Shown here in pieces: positions 35,101-46,238 of a DNA stretch of 64,000 bases (within the stretch, counting starts at the first letter, position 1; each line of letters starts with the position of its first letter). Position numbers and translations under genes: made by a program. The DNA is from Macrostomum lignano. Taxonomy: Eukaryota. The DNA lies in the NCBI GenBank assembly GCA_002269645.1, contig NIVC01002606.1, positions 17,123-81,122 on the forward strand. The letters are read 5' to 3'. The notes under the pieces were generated by a model, which saw only the letters and a list, made by a program, of their open reading frames with translations, was not told where the DNA came from and searched no databases.

Positions 35101-36921
35101 TGAGGCGCAAGGCTGCAGGGTCACGCGGGGCGCCACTCGCGCCAAGCAAAATGACGGAGGAATTCAGCTTCGGCCTTCAAAATGGAAGCTGATTAACGGC
35201 GGGGCTTTGACCGCAGGCCAGTCGGCTGGCTGGCTGGCTGGATCTCGCGAAAGGCAGGCAGGAAACCGGGGAGCAAGAAGGCTCAGGCGTTCACTTACAA
35301 TGGCCGCAACAAAGTGCCTGACAGTGCAAAATGGGACAGCATTGAGATCATTGAGATCTACTCAGCTGGCAGCTCACACATCCGCCCACACCATTGAGCC
35401 CAACATCCGACTGGCTTCAGTCAGCTCAAGCGGATTCACGGAATGGAAGCCGCACACGGCTGCGGGAGTCGGAAGAGAATTTTGATTGGGGAGGCCCGGT
35501 AGCAACTACTGCAGGCAAAGGGTAAATTTCTCGGGTAAGACCAAATATTGACCCGAAACTGAGGGAGCCATTCAGTCCTAAATGGGGTTGGCTGAAGACC
35601 AAATTTGCACCAATACTGAGGACCAAATGCAGCCCAATACTGAGGACAAAATGCAGCCCAATACTGAGGACCAAATTTGCACTAATACTGAGGACCAAAT
35701 TCGCCCCATATACTGAGGACCAAATGCACCTCAATACTGAGGACCAAATGCACCCCATTACTGAGGACCAAAAGCACCCCAATACTGAGGACCAAATGCA
35801 CCTCAATACTGAGGACCAAATGCACCCCATTACTGAGGACCAAATGCACCCCAATACTGAGGACCAAATGCACCCCATTACTGAGGACCAAATGCACCCC
35901 ACTACTGAGGACCAGATCCACCCCAGTGAAGCAAGCAGCTCACAGCTGGCTCAGATTCCGCCGTTTCCGTCCAGCTGAAGCGGGTGCGGCCGGTCCCAGC
36001 CCCGCTGCTGACGGTAGCGCAGGCGGCACTCGGAGCGACGTCAGGGTGGTCGGGCCGGGGAACCGGCCGGCGCAGGCGGCACAGCAGACCGTCCTGCCGC
36101 AGGTGGTAGTGATCGACCAGCTGGGCTAGCGAGGCGAAGGCGTGGCCGCCTTCGATGCGAAGCCGCTGACCGTTGGGCAGGCGGTCGATCCTGTAGTGCT
36201 TCGGCTCGCGGCGGCAGCTGAGGCTCAGCGCGAAGGCACCGCCCCCGCATGCGCTGCGCACCAGGAAGGCGCCTTCGACGTGGCCGGCGGCAGCCAGACG
36301 GCGCTCGGCCTCCTCGCGGCAGAGCCGGCCGTGAAACCAGGGCTGGCGCAGGTGCAGCTGTGACAGCGCCAGACGGCAGGCGAGGGCGCGCTGCGGCTCG
36401 TCCAAGTTGAGGCTGTCGTAGCCGAGTTCCGTCGCCTTGGCAACCGTGGCAGCGGCGAGGTCGTCCAGGGTGACGCCCTGCAGCGCCAGCGGGCTCGAGT
36501 CTGCTGGCCGGTCGCACGGCAGGCTGGCGAGGGTGACGAAGCCGTCCAGCCGGGCGGCATGATGTCGAAGGAGCTCCACGGGGCCGGGGAAGGCGCGGCC
36601 GTTGGCGATGCGGTAGGCGCCGTCGGGCTGCCGCTCGACACTGTAGTGCAGCACCCGTCCAGCGTGGCAGATGCTCACCGCGTAGTTGCCGCCCGTGGAA
36701 GCGCGCAGCAGGAAGAGGCCGTCGGCGGCGCCGCGCGCTAACAGCTGCTCCTCAGCCTGTTCCCGGGTGAGCCGGCCGTGGAAATAGGCCTGGCCGGCTG
36801 GGCTGACAGCTGACCGGAAGTCTTGGGTCGCCTGCTGATGCCGGCCAGCCGTGGCGCCGCCGCAGCCGCAGGCGGTGCAGCTGGAGCAGCAATGCACATA
36901 GGGATTAGCTGGGAATTTCAT
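29127..36921 (-). CDS. SYK: SYK/ZAP70-family tyrosine kinase (tandem SH2 plus kinase), 3 exons, about 723 aa
   Basis: Exons 36921-35944, 31349-30676 and 29646-29127, phases 0 and 2 consistent. Two SH2 domains (YFHG..FLLRAS; WFHG..FLVRSA) with no ankyrins between them. Kinase motifs: LGGGNFG, VAVKTL, HRDLAARN, DFGLSRAL, DYYRA, GRWPLKWYSPECIYYFRFS. Confidence 0.93.
29685..30360. repeat. 25/23-bp minisatellite in SYK intron 2
   Basis: TAGTGAAGATGGAGTGAAGGGACTG grading into TAGTGAAGATGGA(A/T)..GAGACTC. Confidence 0.96.
33883..34112. repeat. 32-bp minisatellite in SYK intron 1
   Basis: Unit CAGGGCCAGGGAGACACCCTGACTGCTGAGTG. Confidence 0.95.
35595..35925. repeat. 24-bp minisatellite in SYK intron 1
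   Basis: Unit ACTGAGGACCAAATGCACCCCAAT. Confidence 0.95.
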
Positions 36922-37945
36922 TCATTCGTTGGATTCGCTAAAAACCGCCGCGCGGGAATCTGCGGAGACGCCGCCGCTGCTGCTCCGGTGCCCAGCCGAA
37001 ATTTTGAATTCGCCTCGCGGTGAAAACCGGAGAGGAGGGAGAGGCGGCGGCCGGGGCAGGCAGGGGCCTCGCGCCAATGGCTGGCTGCCAGCAGCGGACC
37101 AGCCGCAGCTGAGCTGAAATGTGCAGTTGCTGGCCGCGTGAGAGTTGCGCCCGGACTGGCCCTGATTGACATCCCCTTCCTGGCCGGCGCCCGCTAATGC
37201 CGAGGAGGGGAAAGGTGGGGATTTCTCGGTCCCCTCCGTTTCTAACGAATTGAGAAGCCGGGCGGGAGGCCGCAGCTACCTGTCAGTCAGCGGCTGGGCA
37301 GGGCACGCAGCGTGCAGCAGTTGGCGGGCTGCGGCACTGGTTGCTAAGTGCGGGGTCTCGGCCCCACAAAACCAGGCCTGATGGACTCGAATTACTCAGG
37401 ACAGGCCTTTGGCTCATCCTACTGCTCAGCAGGGATGGGGGAACAGAAAGCCAGAAAGCAGTGGGAGGAGGCCAACAGCTGACTCGGTGTTAAGCCCCTG
37501 AAAAAGCAGCAGTGCAGCACAGGGACGCTGACAAGAGCAGCTTTAGCAATTAAGGTTTTAGATGCTCAAAAATCCAACAAAACCCTTGCAGTGCTACTAT
37601 AAGCAGAATGTAGCGAACTCGTTCCGAAATCAACAGTATTGGGCACAAGAATTAAGATGAAGCTTACCTTTGTCAGGTACAGATCCATTTTGACAATGCA
37701 TGCCAACCAGGTGTCACAACAGGCGCTGAGGAAGGGCATTAAATGGAAAAATGCTCAATTATTTGAAGAAAAAATATTTGGCAAGAAATACTCAAAGCTG
37801 AAGGCGACTTAAAACAGATGGATTAAATGAATCTGAAGTAAAAATGAATGAATTATTATATGAATAACCATTAGGCTTGTAAATTAAAAAATGTTTCCTA
37901 GTAGTGTTGCTACTAGTTAATAGAAGATAAAAACAGGGTTGCATA

Positions 37946-38243
37946 CATACATGTGCAACCTCCAAAATTCGGTCAGCCGTGCGACTTAGTTTTAACAAAA
38001 ATGCGACGTAGTTTTTGGCCAAAAATGCGACTTACATATAAAAAAACCCGAAAGCAAAATTAACGCAACTTTGGGTAAACGGCAGGAGTAACTATGACTG
38101 TTTTATTAAGCTAAAATGCCTCGTCAGCTACTTAGTACTACTCTTCAGGTTATTTTTCGGGTGGGCATTTTTGCGACTTCCTTGATTGGCCGCCAAATCG
38201 GTCGGCCGGATCGGCCGACTCGGCCGACTGTTGCGCATGTATG
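37946..38243. mobile_element. hAT-type MITE
   Basis: 14-bp TIR CATACATG(T/C)GCAAC. 8-bp TSD GTTGCATA at 37938-37945 and 38244-38251. Confidence 0.85.
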
Positions 38244-40394
38244 GTTGCATAGCATCCAGCTTCTATATGCATTAATTCTTTTATGATCATACCCCACAGT
38301 GAGGCTTATTATATTAATGAAAAGACAAAAAATTACCAACCACTTAATCACATCTTAAGTACTGTTTATAACTTGATATTTTTATTACTAACAGTGGAGG
38401 TTTCTATGCCTTTTAGCACCCCAGTTTATGACACCTAAATTAGAAAGATAACAATAAATATAGAGTTCTGCCATAAACAAAACTTTCTTGTATCAACATC
38501 TGTAGCCTAATCTAATATCTACAAGTTTTGCATCCATATACATAGCTAATTAATTTCCTATAACTTCTATAACTTTTAAAATGATATTTACTTTAATAAA
38601 GATGGACTCCAATGGGGAATAATAGTTTTTATTATTCACTATACTATAGTAAGAAAGTAAAGAATGACAGCAATAGCTTCACCTATCACTTCTTAAGAGT
38701 ATCTCATTTATTTACTGTACAAAAAGGCCAGAGCTACATTTATCCTAACTTTAGCCTTACCACTCTAAGCATATATCAAGCATATGGCATTGAAAATATG
38801 TATTTCTTGCTTAAGTCCATAAATGGACTTTTTCAATGAAAGTAAAAATATTCATCTTATAAACAATAAAGTCTATTAACAACAATGCTGTTTTGATCAA
38901 AATTATAAGTTGCCTATTAAGTTCTATCTAAATAATATAGAACAATGTTTTGCAAAAAACTTTTAACTTTAGTAACTTTAAAGAGTATCTCAAAAAGTTC
39001 CAACAATAATTCATTGTTCTTTTTCTGTTTGCACAATTTTTTTTAAATTGAGTTCACAATGGTCAAATACTGTTGAAGCTTCATATTTAAAAGGTAATTT
39101 CGGCTTAATTATCAATTGGCCCTGCCACCTGATAAACAATAAGTCTTATGGATCTAGTGCCACTTAATTTGCTTTATGTGGAAGATTCAGTGCTTTGTCC
39201 TTTTCGCATGGATATAGTGAAAATGCCACAAACTTATTAGCTACTATATGCCAAATAGGTTTATAGTTTTATTGTGAAGTAGTTGAAATGCTTTTTTAAT
39301 TTACTTATTGATACTTATACTTTAGCCTATTGATTTCATTTATATATAATAAATTTAAATTTATATTTGGTAAATTTAACAATTATTATTTTTTAGTATG
39401 CCTAATACTTATACTTAAAGAAAGTTTATTAACAAAGCTATATTCTACAAAGCAGAATTTCCTCTTTTTTAGCAAATAAAAAGGTTGCAATTGTTGACTG
39501 CTTAAAACCTGCGATGGAGGGCTAGAACTGCAAGTTCTGCTCATATTCGTATAAACTATTGATCCAATTAATTAATTAGCCATACCACACGTCATGCAAA
39601 TAGATCAAGGCAAGTTAAAATTGTATTGTATTTTGAATAAGTTGGTTTTAAGCTTATAATTGACTAGGCCCCTAATTGTAGTTTATCATTCTTATAATTT
39701 AGGTTCATCTGTCCAGTCCAACATTGTGTGCCTGTTTTCCCAACACTTATCAGTTTGAAAACACATGCATATAGGACACATTGAGAAAAATTTGAAGGAC
39801 AAAAAGGAGACTCAGGTAATAACATTTATATAACAGGGTTACCTATTATATATATTTATTATTTGTAGAATTTACAATATAAATTATCTATTTTACATTT
39901 TAGGATATACAAAGGACAAGTCTATGTTATCCAATAGTAATGCCTTTGCATCTGCTAGTAATGAGCATCAAATAAAAGTGGAATGTAGTATTTTAAGTCA
40001 AAGTAATAGTTCTATAAATTAATGATTCTGTTAGGCCTATTATTAATCAGTGTCTGATAAATAATATTGATTTACCTGCTATTGTCAATGCAAACAATCT
40101 ATCAACAAGTGAATTTTTGTCAATTATACAATTTCTTTTCCTCAAAATTCAGAAGTGTCATTTAGTGTCATTTAAAGCTGCTCTAGATATTGTCACATCA
40201 TTTGTTCTTAGCTTTCAAACTTTTAATAGCACATTTTGTCAAATGTACATAACTTTCTTATGATTTCCAAAGTACCTGAAAATGTTATAATAGAATTTGA
40301 TGCAGTTTTTTCATGTGACAGTTTTTTCAACTATCTTTTCCATCTGTTGTATTTAGCAAAAGTACTAAGGCAATTTTAAGCTCTAAGTATCATA

Positions 40395-40744
40395 TCTAAA
40401 TATACTAAATCTCTAAGGTTTGTATGTTTGAATGCTTGTCCATAACGCTCTAGAGATCGCAATTCTTCACCGATTTTGATCGTGTTTTCGCCAAAAGATT
40501 CAAAATTGTCTGGAAAGAAGACGGTTAAAATTTCTTGTATCTGCTTCAATGCTAAAGGGATTAAATATTCGAAAAACAGTTTTAAATGGGCGAATTCAAT
40601 GCAAATTTTATCAGCGAGAAACTTCACAGCTAATTTTAATTGATTGCGCCAGAGCCAACTGATAAGAAAACTCACTGGGCCCCAACTTAAAGGGGGGCAA
40701 TAAAAAATTATTCTGGCTGCTGGCAGCCAGCTCTAATTAGCTAG
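40395..40744 (+). mobile_element. Short non-autonomous Helitron (type 1, copy 1)
   Basis: 5' A|TCTAAATATACTAAA; 3' hairpin CTGGCTGC-TG-GCAGCCAG, then CTAG|T. Confidence 0.85.
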
Positions 40745-40759
40745 TCTTCTATCTTCTAA

Positions 40760-41177
40760 TCTAAATATACTAAATCTCTAAGGTTTGTATGTTTGAATGA
40801 ATGTCCATAACGCTCTAGAGAGAGCAATCTAAATATACTAAATCTCTAAGGTTTGTATGTTTGAATGAATGTCCATAACGCTCTAGAGAGAGCAATTCTT
40901 CACTGATTTTGATCGCGTTTTCGCCAAAAGATTCAAAATTGTCTGGAAAGAAGACAGTTAAAATTTCTTTAATCTGCTTCAATGCTAAAGGGATTAAATA
41001 TTCGAAAAACTGTTTTAAATGGCCTTTTTCAATGCAAATTTTATCAGCCAGAAACTTCACTGCCAATTTTAATTGATTGCGCCAGAGCCAACTGATAAGA
41101 AAACTCACTCCGCTCCACTTAAAGGGGGGCAATAAAAAAATTATTCTGGATGCTGGCAGCCAGCTCTAATTATCTAG
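40760..41177 (+). mobile_element. Short non-autonomous Helitron (type 1, copy 2), preceded by a 68-bp truncated 5' fragment
   Basis: Partial copy 40760-40827, then full copy 40828-41177 ending in the hairpin and CTAG. Confidence 0.85.
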
Positions 41178-41592
41178 TCCTATCCTATATACTAAAAATG
41201 AAAATCTTGCTTGCTTGCTTGCTTGTAATCGATTAGAGAAAAAATGGCTTAACCGATTTTCATGAGACTTGCACTGTTCGATCAGAAATTTTCCCGTGAC
41301 AGTACATGCATCGTGGCTAAGAAATTGCTTGATGCTAAAGGCATTAAATATTCGAAAAACATGCTTTTTTGCAAAGGTCAAGCAAACTTTTCGACTTGAA
41401 ATGCATTGTAAGAATGCTAGAGAAAAAATTGACTGGTTGATTCTGATTCTGAAATAGATTGCATCATAACTGAATTGTAACTCCAACTTGAATTGCGTCA
41501 CAGTATTGAAAATGCAGTGTGGATTGCGTAACCATATTGTCAACTTTAATTGAGACTGATACTTAAGTGCTACAATTTCATTTATAAATTCG

Positions 41593-41674
41593 ATAATAGC
41601 TAGCCTAGATGTGAACAGACTGGACTGCGAATGCAGCGACCTGGGTTCGAATCTTAGTAGTGAAAAGTTTTTTT
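41593..41674 (+). pseudogene. tRNA-derived (SINE-head-like) segment with Pol III A and B boxes and a T7 run
   Basis: A box TAGCCTAGATG (41601), anticodon-like arm CTGGA-CTGCGAA-TGCAG, B box GGTTCGAATC (41644-41653), T7 at 41668-41674. No acceptor stem. Degenerate copy at about 46725-46800. Confidence 0.55.
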
Positions 41675-41714
41675 ATTAAAAGCTTTTATTAAAGGACAAA
41701 TAAAGGACAAAAGG

Positions 41715-44700
41715 CGTCATGTAAAAAAGCATAGAAGCGTCATGTAAAAAATCATGGAAGCGTCATGTAAAAAATCATAGAAGCGTCATGTAAAAAAATC
41801 ATAGAAGCGTCATGTAAACAATCATAGAAGCGTCATGTAAAAAATCATAGAAGCGTCATGTAAAAAATCATAGAAGCGTCATGTAAAAAATCATAGAAGC
41901 GTCATGTAAAAAATCATAGAATCGTCATGTAAACAATCATAGAAGCGTCATGTAAACAATCATAGAAGCGTCATGTAAAAAATCATAGAAGCGTCATGTA
42001 AAAAAATCATAGAAGCGTCATGTAAAAAATCACAGAAACGTCATGTAAAAAATCATAGAAGCGACATGTAAAAAATCATAGAAGCGTCATGTAAAAAATC
42101 ATAGAATCGTCATGTAAACAATCATAGAATCGTCATGTAAACAATCATAGAAGCGTCATGTAAACAATCATAGAAGCGTCATGTAAACAATCATAGAAGC
42201 GTCATGTAAAAAATCATAGAAGCGTCATGTAAACAATCATAGAAGCGTCATGTAAACAATCATAGAAGCGTCATGTAAACAATCATAGAATCGTCATGTA
42301 AAAATCATAGAAGCGTCATGTAAAAAATCATAGAAGCGTCATGTAAACAATCATAGAAGCGTCATGTAAAAAAATCATAGAAGCGTCATGTAAACAATCA
42401 TAGAATCGTCATGTAAACAATCATAGAAGCGTCTTGTAAAAAATAATAGAAGCGCATTGTAAAAAATCATAGAAGCGTCATGTAAACAATCATAGAAGCG
42501 TCATGTAAAAAATCATAGAAGCGTCATGTAAAAAATCATAGAAGCGTCATGTAAAAAAATCATAGAAGCGTCATGAAAAAAATGATAGAAGTGTCATGTA
42601 AAAAATCATAGAAGCGTCATGTAAAAAATCATAGAAGCGTCATGTAAACAATCATAGAAGCGTCATGTAAAAATTCATAGAAGCGTCATGTAAAAAATCA
42701 TAGAAGCGTCATGTAAACAATCATAGAAGCGTCATGTAAAAAATCATAGAAGCGTCATGTAAAAAATCATAGAAGCGTCATGTAAAAAATCATAGAAGCG
42801 TCATGGAAAAAATCATAGAAGCGTCATGTAAACAATCATAGAATCGTCATGTAAAAAATCATAGAAGCGTCATGTAAAAAATAATAGAAGCGTCATGTAA
42901 ACAATCATAGAAGCGTCATGGAAAAAATCATAGAATCGTCATGTAAACAATCATAGAAGCGTCATGTAAAAAAATCATAGAAGCGTCATGTAAAAAAATC
43001 ATAGAAGCGTCATGTAAAAAATCATAGAAGCGTCATGTAAAAAATCATAGAAGCGTCATGTAAACAATCATAGAAGCGTCATGTAAACAATCATAGAAGC
43101 GTCATGTAAACAATCATAGAAGCGTCATGTAAAAAATAATAGAAGCGTCATGTAAAAAATCATAGAAGCGTCATGTAAAAAATCATAGAAGCGTCATGGA
43201 AAAAATCATAGAAGCGTCGTGTAAACAATCATAGAAGCGTCATGTAAAAAATCATAGAAGCGTCATGTAAAAAATCATAGAAGCGTCATGTAAAAAATCA
43301 TTGAAGCGTCATGTAAAAAATCATAGAATCGTCATGTAAACAATCATAGAAGCGTCATGTAAAAAATCATAGAAGCGTCATGTAAAAAATCATAGAAGCG
43401 TCATGTAAAAAATCATTGAAGCGTAATGTAAAAAATCATAGAATCGTCATGTAAACAATCATAGAAGCGTCATGTAAAAAATCATAGAAGCGTCATGTAA
43501 GCAATCATAGAATCGTCATGTAAACAATCATAGAAACGTCATGTAAAAAATCATAGAAGCGTCATGTAAAAAATCATAGAAGCGTCATGTAAAAAATCAT
43601 GAAGCGTCATGTAAAAAATCATAGAAGCGTCATGTAAAAAAATCATAGAAGCGTCATGTAAACAATTATAGAATCGTCATGTAAAAAATCATAGAAGCGT
43701 CACGTAAACAATCATAGAAGCGTCATGTAAAAAATCATAGAAGCGTCATGTAAAAAATCATAGAAGCGTCATGTAAAAAATCATAGAAGCGTCATGTAAA
43801 AAATCATAGAAGCGTCATGTAAAAAATCATAGAAGCGTCATGTAAACAATCATAGAATCGTCATGTAAACAATCATAGAAGCGTCATGTAAACAATCATA
43901 GAAGCGTCATGTAAAAAATAATAGAATCGTCATGTAAACAATCATAGAAGCGCATTGTAAAAAATCATAGAAGCGTCATGTAAAAAATCATAGAAGCGTC
44001 ATGTAAGCAATCATAGAAGCGTCATGAAAAAAATCATAGAAGCGTCATGGAAAAAATCATAAAATCGTCATGTAAACAATCATAGAAGCGTCATGTAAAA
44101 AATCATAGAAGCGTCATGTAAAAAATCATAGAAGCGTCATGTAAAAAATCATAGAAGCGTCATGTAAAAAATCATAGAAGCGTCATGTAAAAAATCATAG
44201 AAGCGTCATGTAAACAATCATAGAATCGTCATGTAAACAATCATAGAAGCGTCATGTAAACAATCATAGAATCGTCATGTAAAAAATAATAGAAGCGTCA
44301 TGTAAACAATCATAGAAGCGTCATGTAAAAAATCATAGAAGCGTCATGTAAAAAATAATAGAAGCGTCATGTAAACAATCATAGAAGCGTCATGTAAAAA
44401 ATAATAGAATCGTCATGTAAACAATCATAGAAGCGCATTGTAAAAAATCATAGAAGCGTCATGTAAAAAATCATAGAAGCGTCATGTAAACAATCATAGA
44501 AGCGTCATGTAAAAAATCATAGAAACGTCATGTAAACAATCATAGAAGCGTCATGTAAAAAATTATAGAAGCGTCACGTAAACAATCATAGAATCGTCAT
44601 GTAAACAATCATAGAAGCGTCATGTAAAAAAATCATAGAAGCGTCATGTAAAAAATCATAGAAGCGTCATGTAAAAAATCATAGAAGCGTCATGGAAGAA

Positions 44701-44745
44701 TAAAAGAAGCGTCATGTAAAAATCAAAAGAAGCGTCATGTCAGAC
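41715..44745. repeat. 23-bp satellite (~130 copies) inside a Helitron
   Basis: Unit GTAAA(A/C)AATCATAGAAGCGTCAT. Confidence 0.98.
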
Positions 44746-45574
44746 ATGAAAGAAGTGTAATGTAAAAATTAAATGAAGCTGTGCTGTGCTGGGGAGACTT
44801 ACTGAGATGTCAAGGCTCACGGAGAATAACTGAGATTACGGAGGGGGTGGGTTTCTGAGATGTCAAAGCAAAAGTCAGAAACTACTTCAAAGTACATGTA
44901 CTTTACTCAATTTTTTTATTACATTCTTTGTTGGCTCGCCACGGGGGGGAGGCGCTGATAGAAGAAGAGTCATGTAAAAAAGAAAAGAAGCACTATGTAT
45001 ACATAAAAGAAGATTCATGTCGAAGTTAAAAGATTCATTTGGGAATTGCTACGATGTCAAGGCTTGGAGGGAATCGCTATAGTGCTGTGATTCTTGAAGA
45101 AAGAATCACTAATTTGTCAAGGCTTAGGGGAGAAGAATTGCTGAGATTTCAAGGCTTTTATAGGTTGGGTTAAAGTTAGGTTTAGGTCAGGTTTGGGTTG
45201 AGGGTTAGATTTTAGCGGGTTTCAAAGTTAACAGGGGATTTTTCAGATATCAAGGTTTATGGGGGGCATTGCTGACATTTCAAGGCTTATGGGGGGAATA
45301 GCTGAGATGTCAAGGCTTATGGGGGAATAAATGAGATGTCAAGGCTAAAGTCAGAAGCAACATGTAGTCTATTAAAAAGTTATTTTTCATTATTTGTTGG
45401 CTCCTCACGGGAGGGATCGCTGATAAAAAAGTGTAATGTAAAAAATAAGAAGCTTCATGTCGAAAATAAGAGATTCATTTGGGAATCCCTACGATGTCGA
45501 GGCTTGCAGGGAATCGCTATAATGCTGTAGTGCTATAATGACTGTTGGAGAGAATTACTGAAATGTCAATGCTT

Positions 45575-45618
45575 TAGGGTTAGGGTTAGGGTTAGGGTTA
45601 GGGTAAGGTTAGGGTTAG
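45575..45618 (+). repeat. Interstitial (TTAGGG)n tract
   Basis: About 7 telomeric hexamers; homologous tract at 49613-49680. Confidence 0.85.
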
Positions 45619-46238
45619 AAGTTTGACAGATTTTTTTAGATTTCTAGGCTTATTGGGGGCATTGCTGAAATGTCAAGGGGGAAGTTGATATGTTAAAGCT
45701 TGTGGGGGGGGGGAATTACTGACATGTCAAGGCTTACAAGGGACTTCTGATATATATTGCAAAAAGATTCTACATGTACTTTATTACAAAACTTGTACTG
45801 CATTTTTGGCTCCCCGACGCTAAGATACTAAGCTAAAAAATACTACTAGCGCTTTACAAACTTATGCAGATGTCAGGCTGTAGGGTTAGTGTTCGGTTGG
45901 TATTATGGTTTAGGTTTAGGGTTAGGTTCAGGGTTATTGCGTTAAGATTCGTGTTAGGGTTAGGGTTAGAGTAGTTTATAACTTTAGCTCATGTAGCTTA
46001 TTAAAAATTTTTATCATGGAAGCATGATGCAAAAATAATGCAAGCGTCATGTAAAAATTATAGAAGCATCATGCAACAACCCATGGACAAAATATTGAAT
46101 TTAGGGTTTTGGTTAGGGTTAGGGTTAGTGTTAAAAGTTTGACAGGAGATTTCTTAAGATTTCAAGACTACATGTAGCTTATTAAAAAAACGTGTATTGC
46201 ATTTCTTTGGCTCCCCAACGGGGGGCGTAGATTGCTAG

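Larger units (their letters stand above)
41178..46238 (+). mobile_element. Satellite-bearing non-autonomous Helitron (type 2, copy 1)
   Basis: 5' TCCTA-TCCTATATACTAAAAATG; first ~450 bp homologous to the autonomous element's 5' end; 3' CCCCAACGGGGGG hairpin, then CTAG (46235-46238). Confidence 0.85.

Noticed and set aside
23645-35978. Periodic ORFs at 23645-24299, 28179-28617, 33840-34212 and 35426-35978
   Set aside because: Translations of 21-32 bp minisatellites.
35944-36921. SHARK rather than SYK
   Set aside because: The two SH2 domains are joined by a short interdomain A with no ankyrin repeats.
41593-41665. Functional tRNA-Arg(GCG)
   Set aside because: The acceptor stem does not pair, the anticodon stem has a mismatch, and the second copy is decayed.
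45575-45618. True chromosome end or subtelomere
   Set aside because: The tracts are short, internal and duplicated as part of the Helitron unit.
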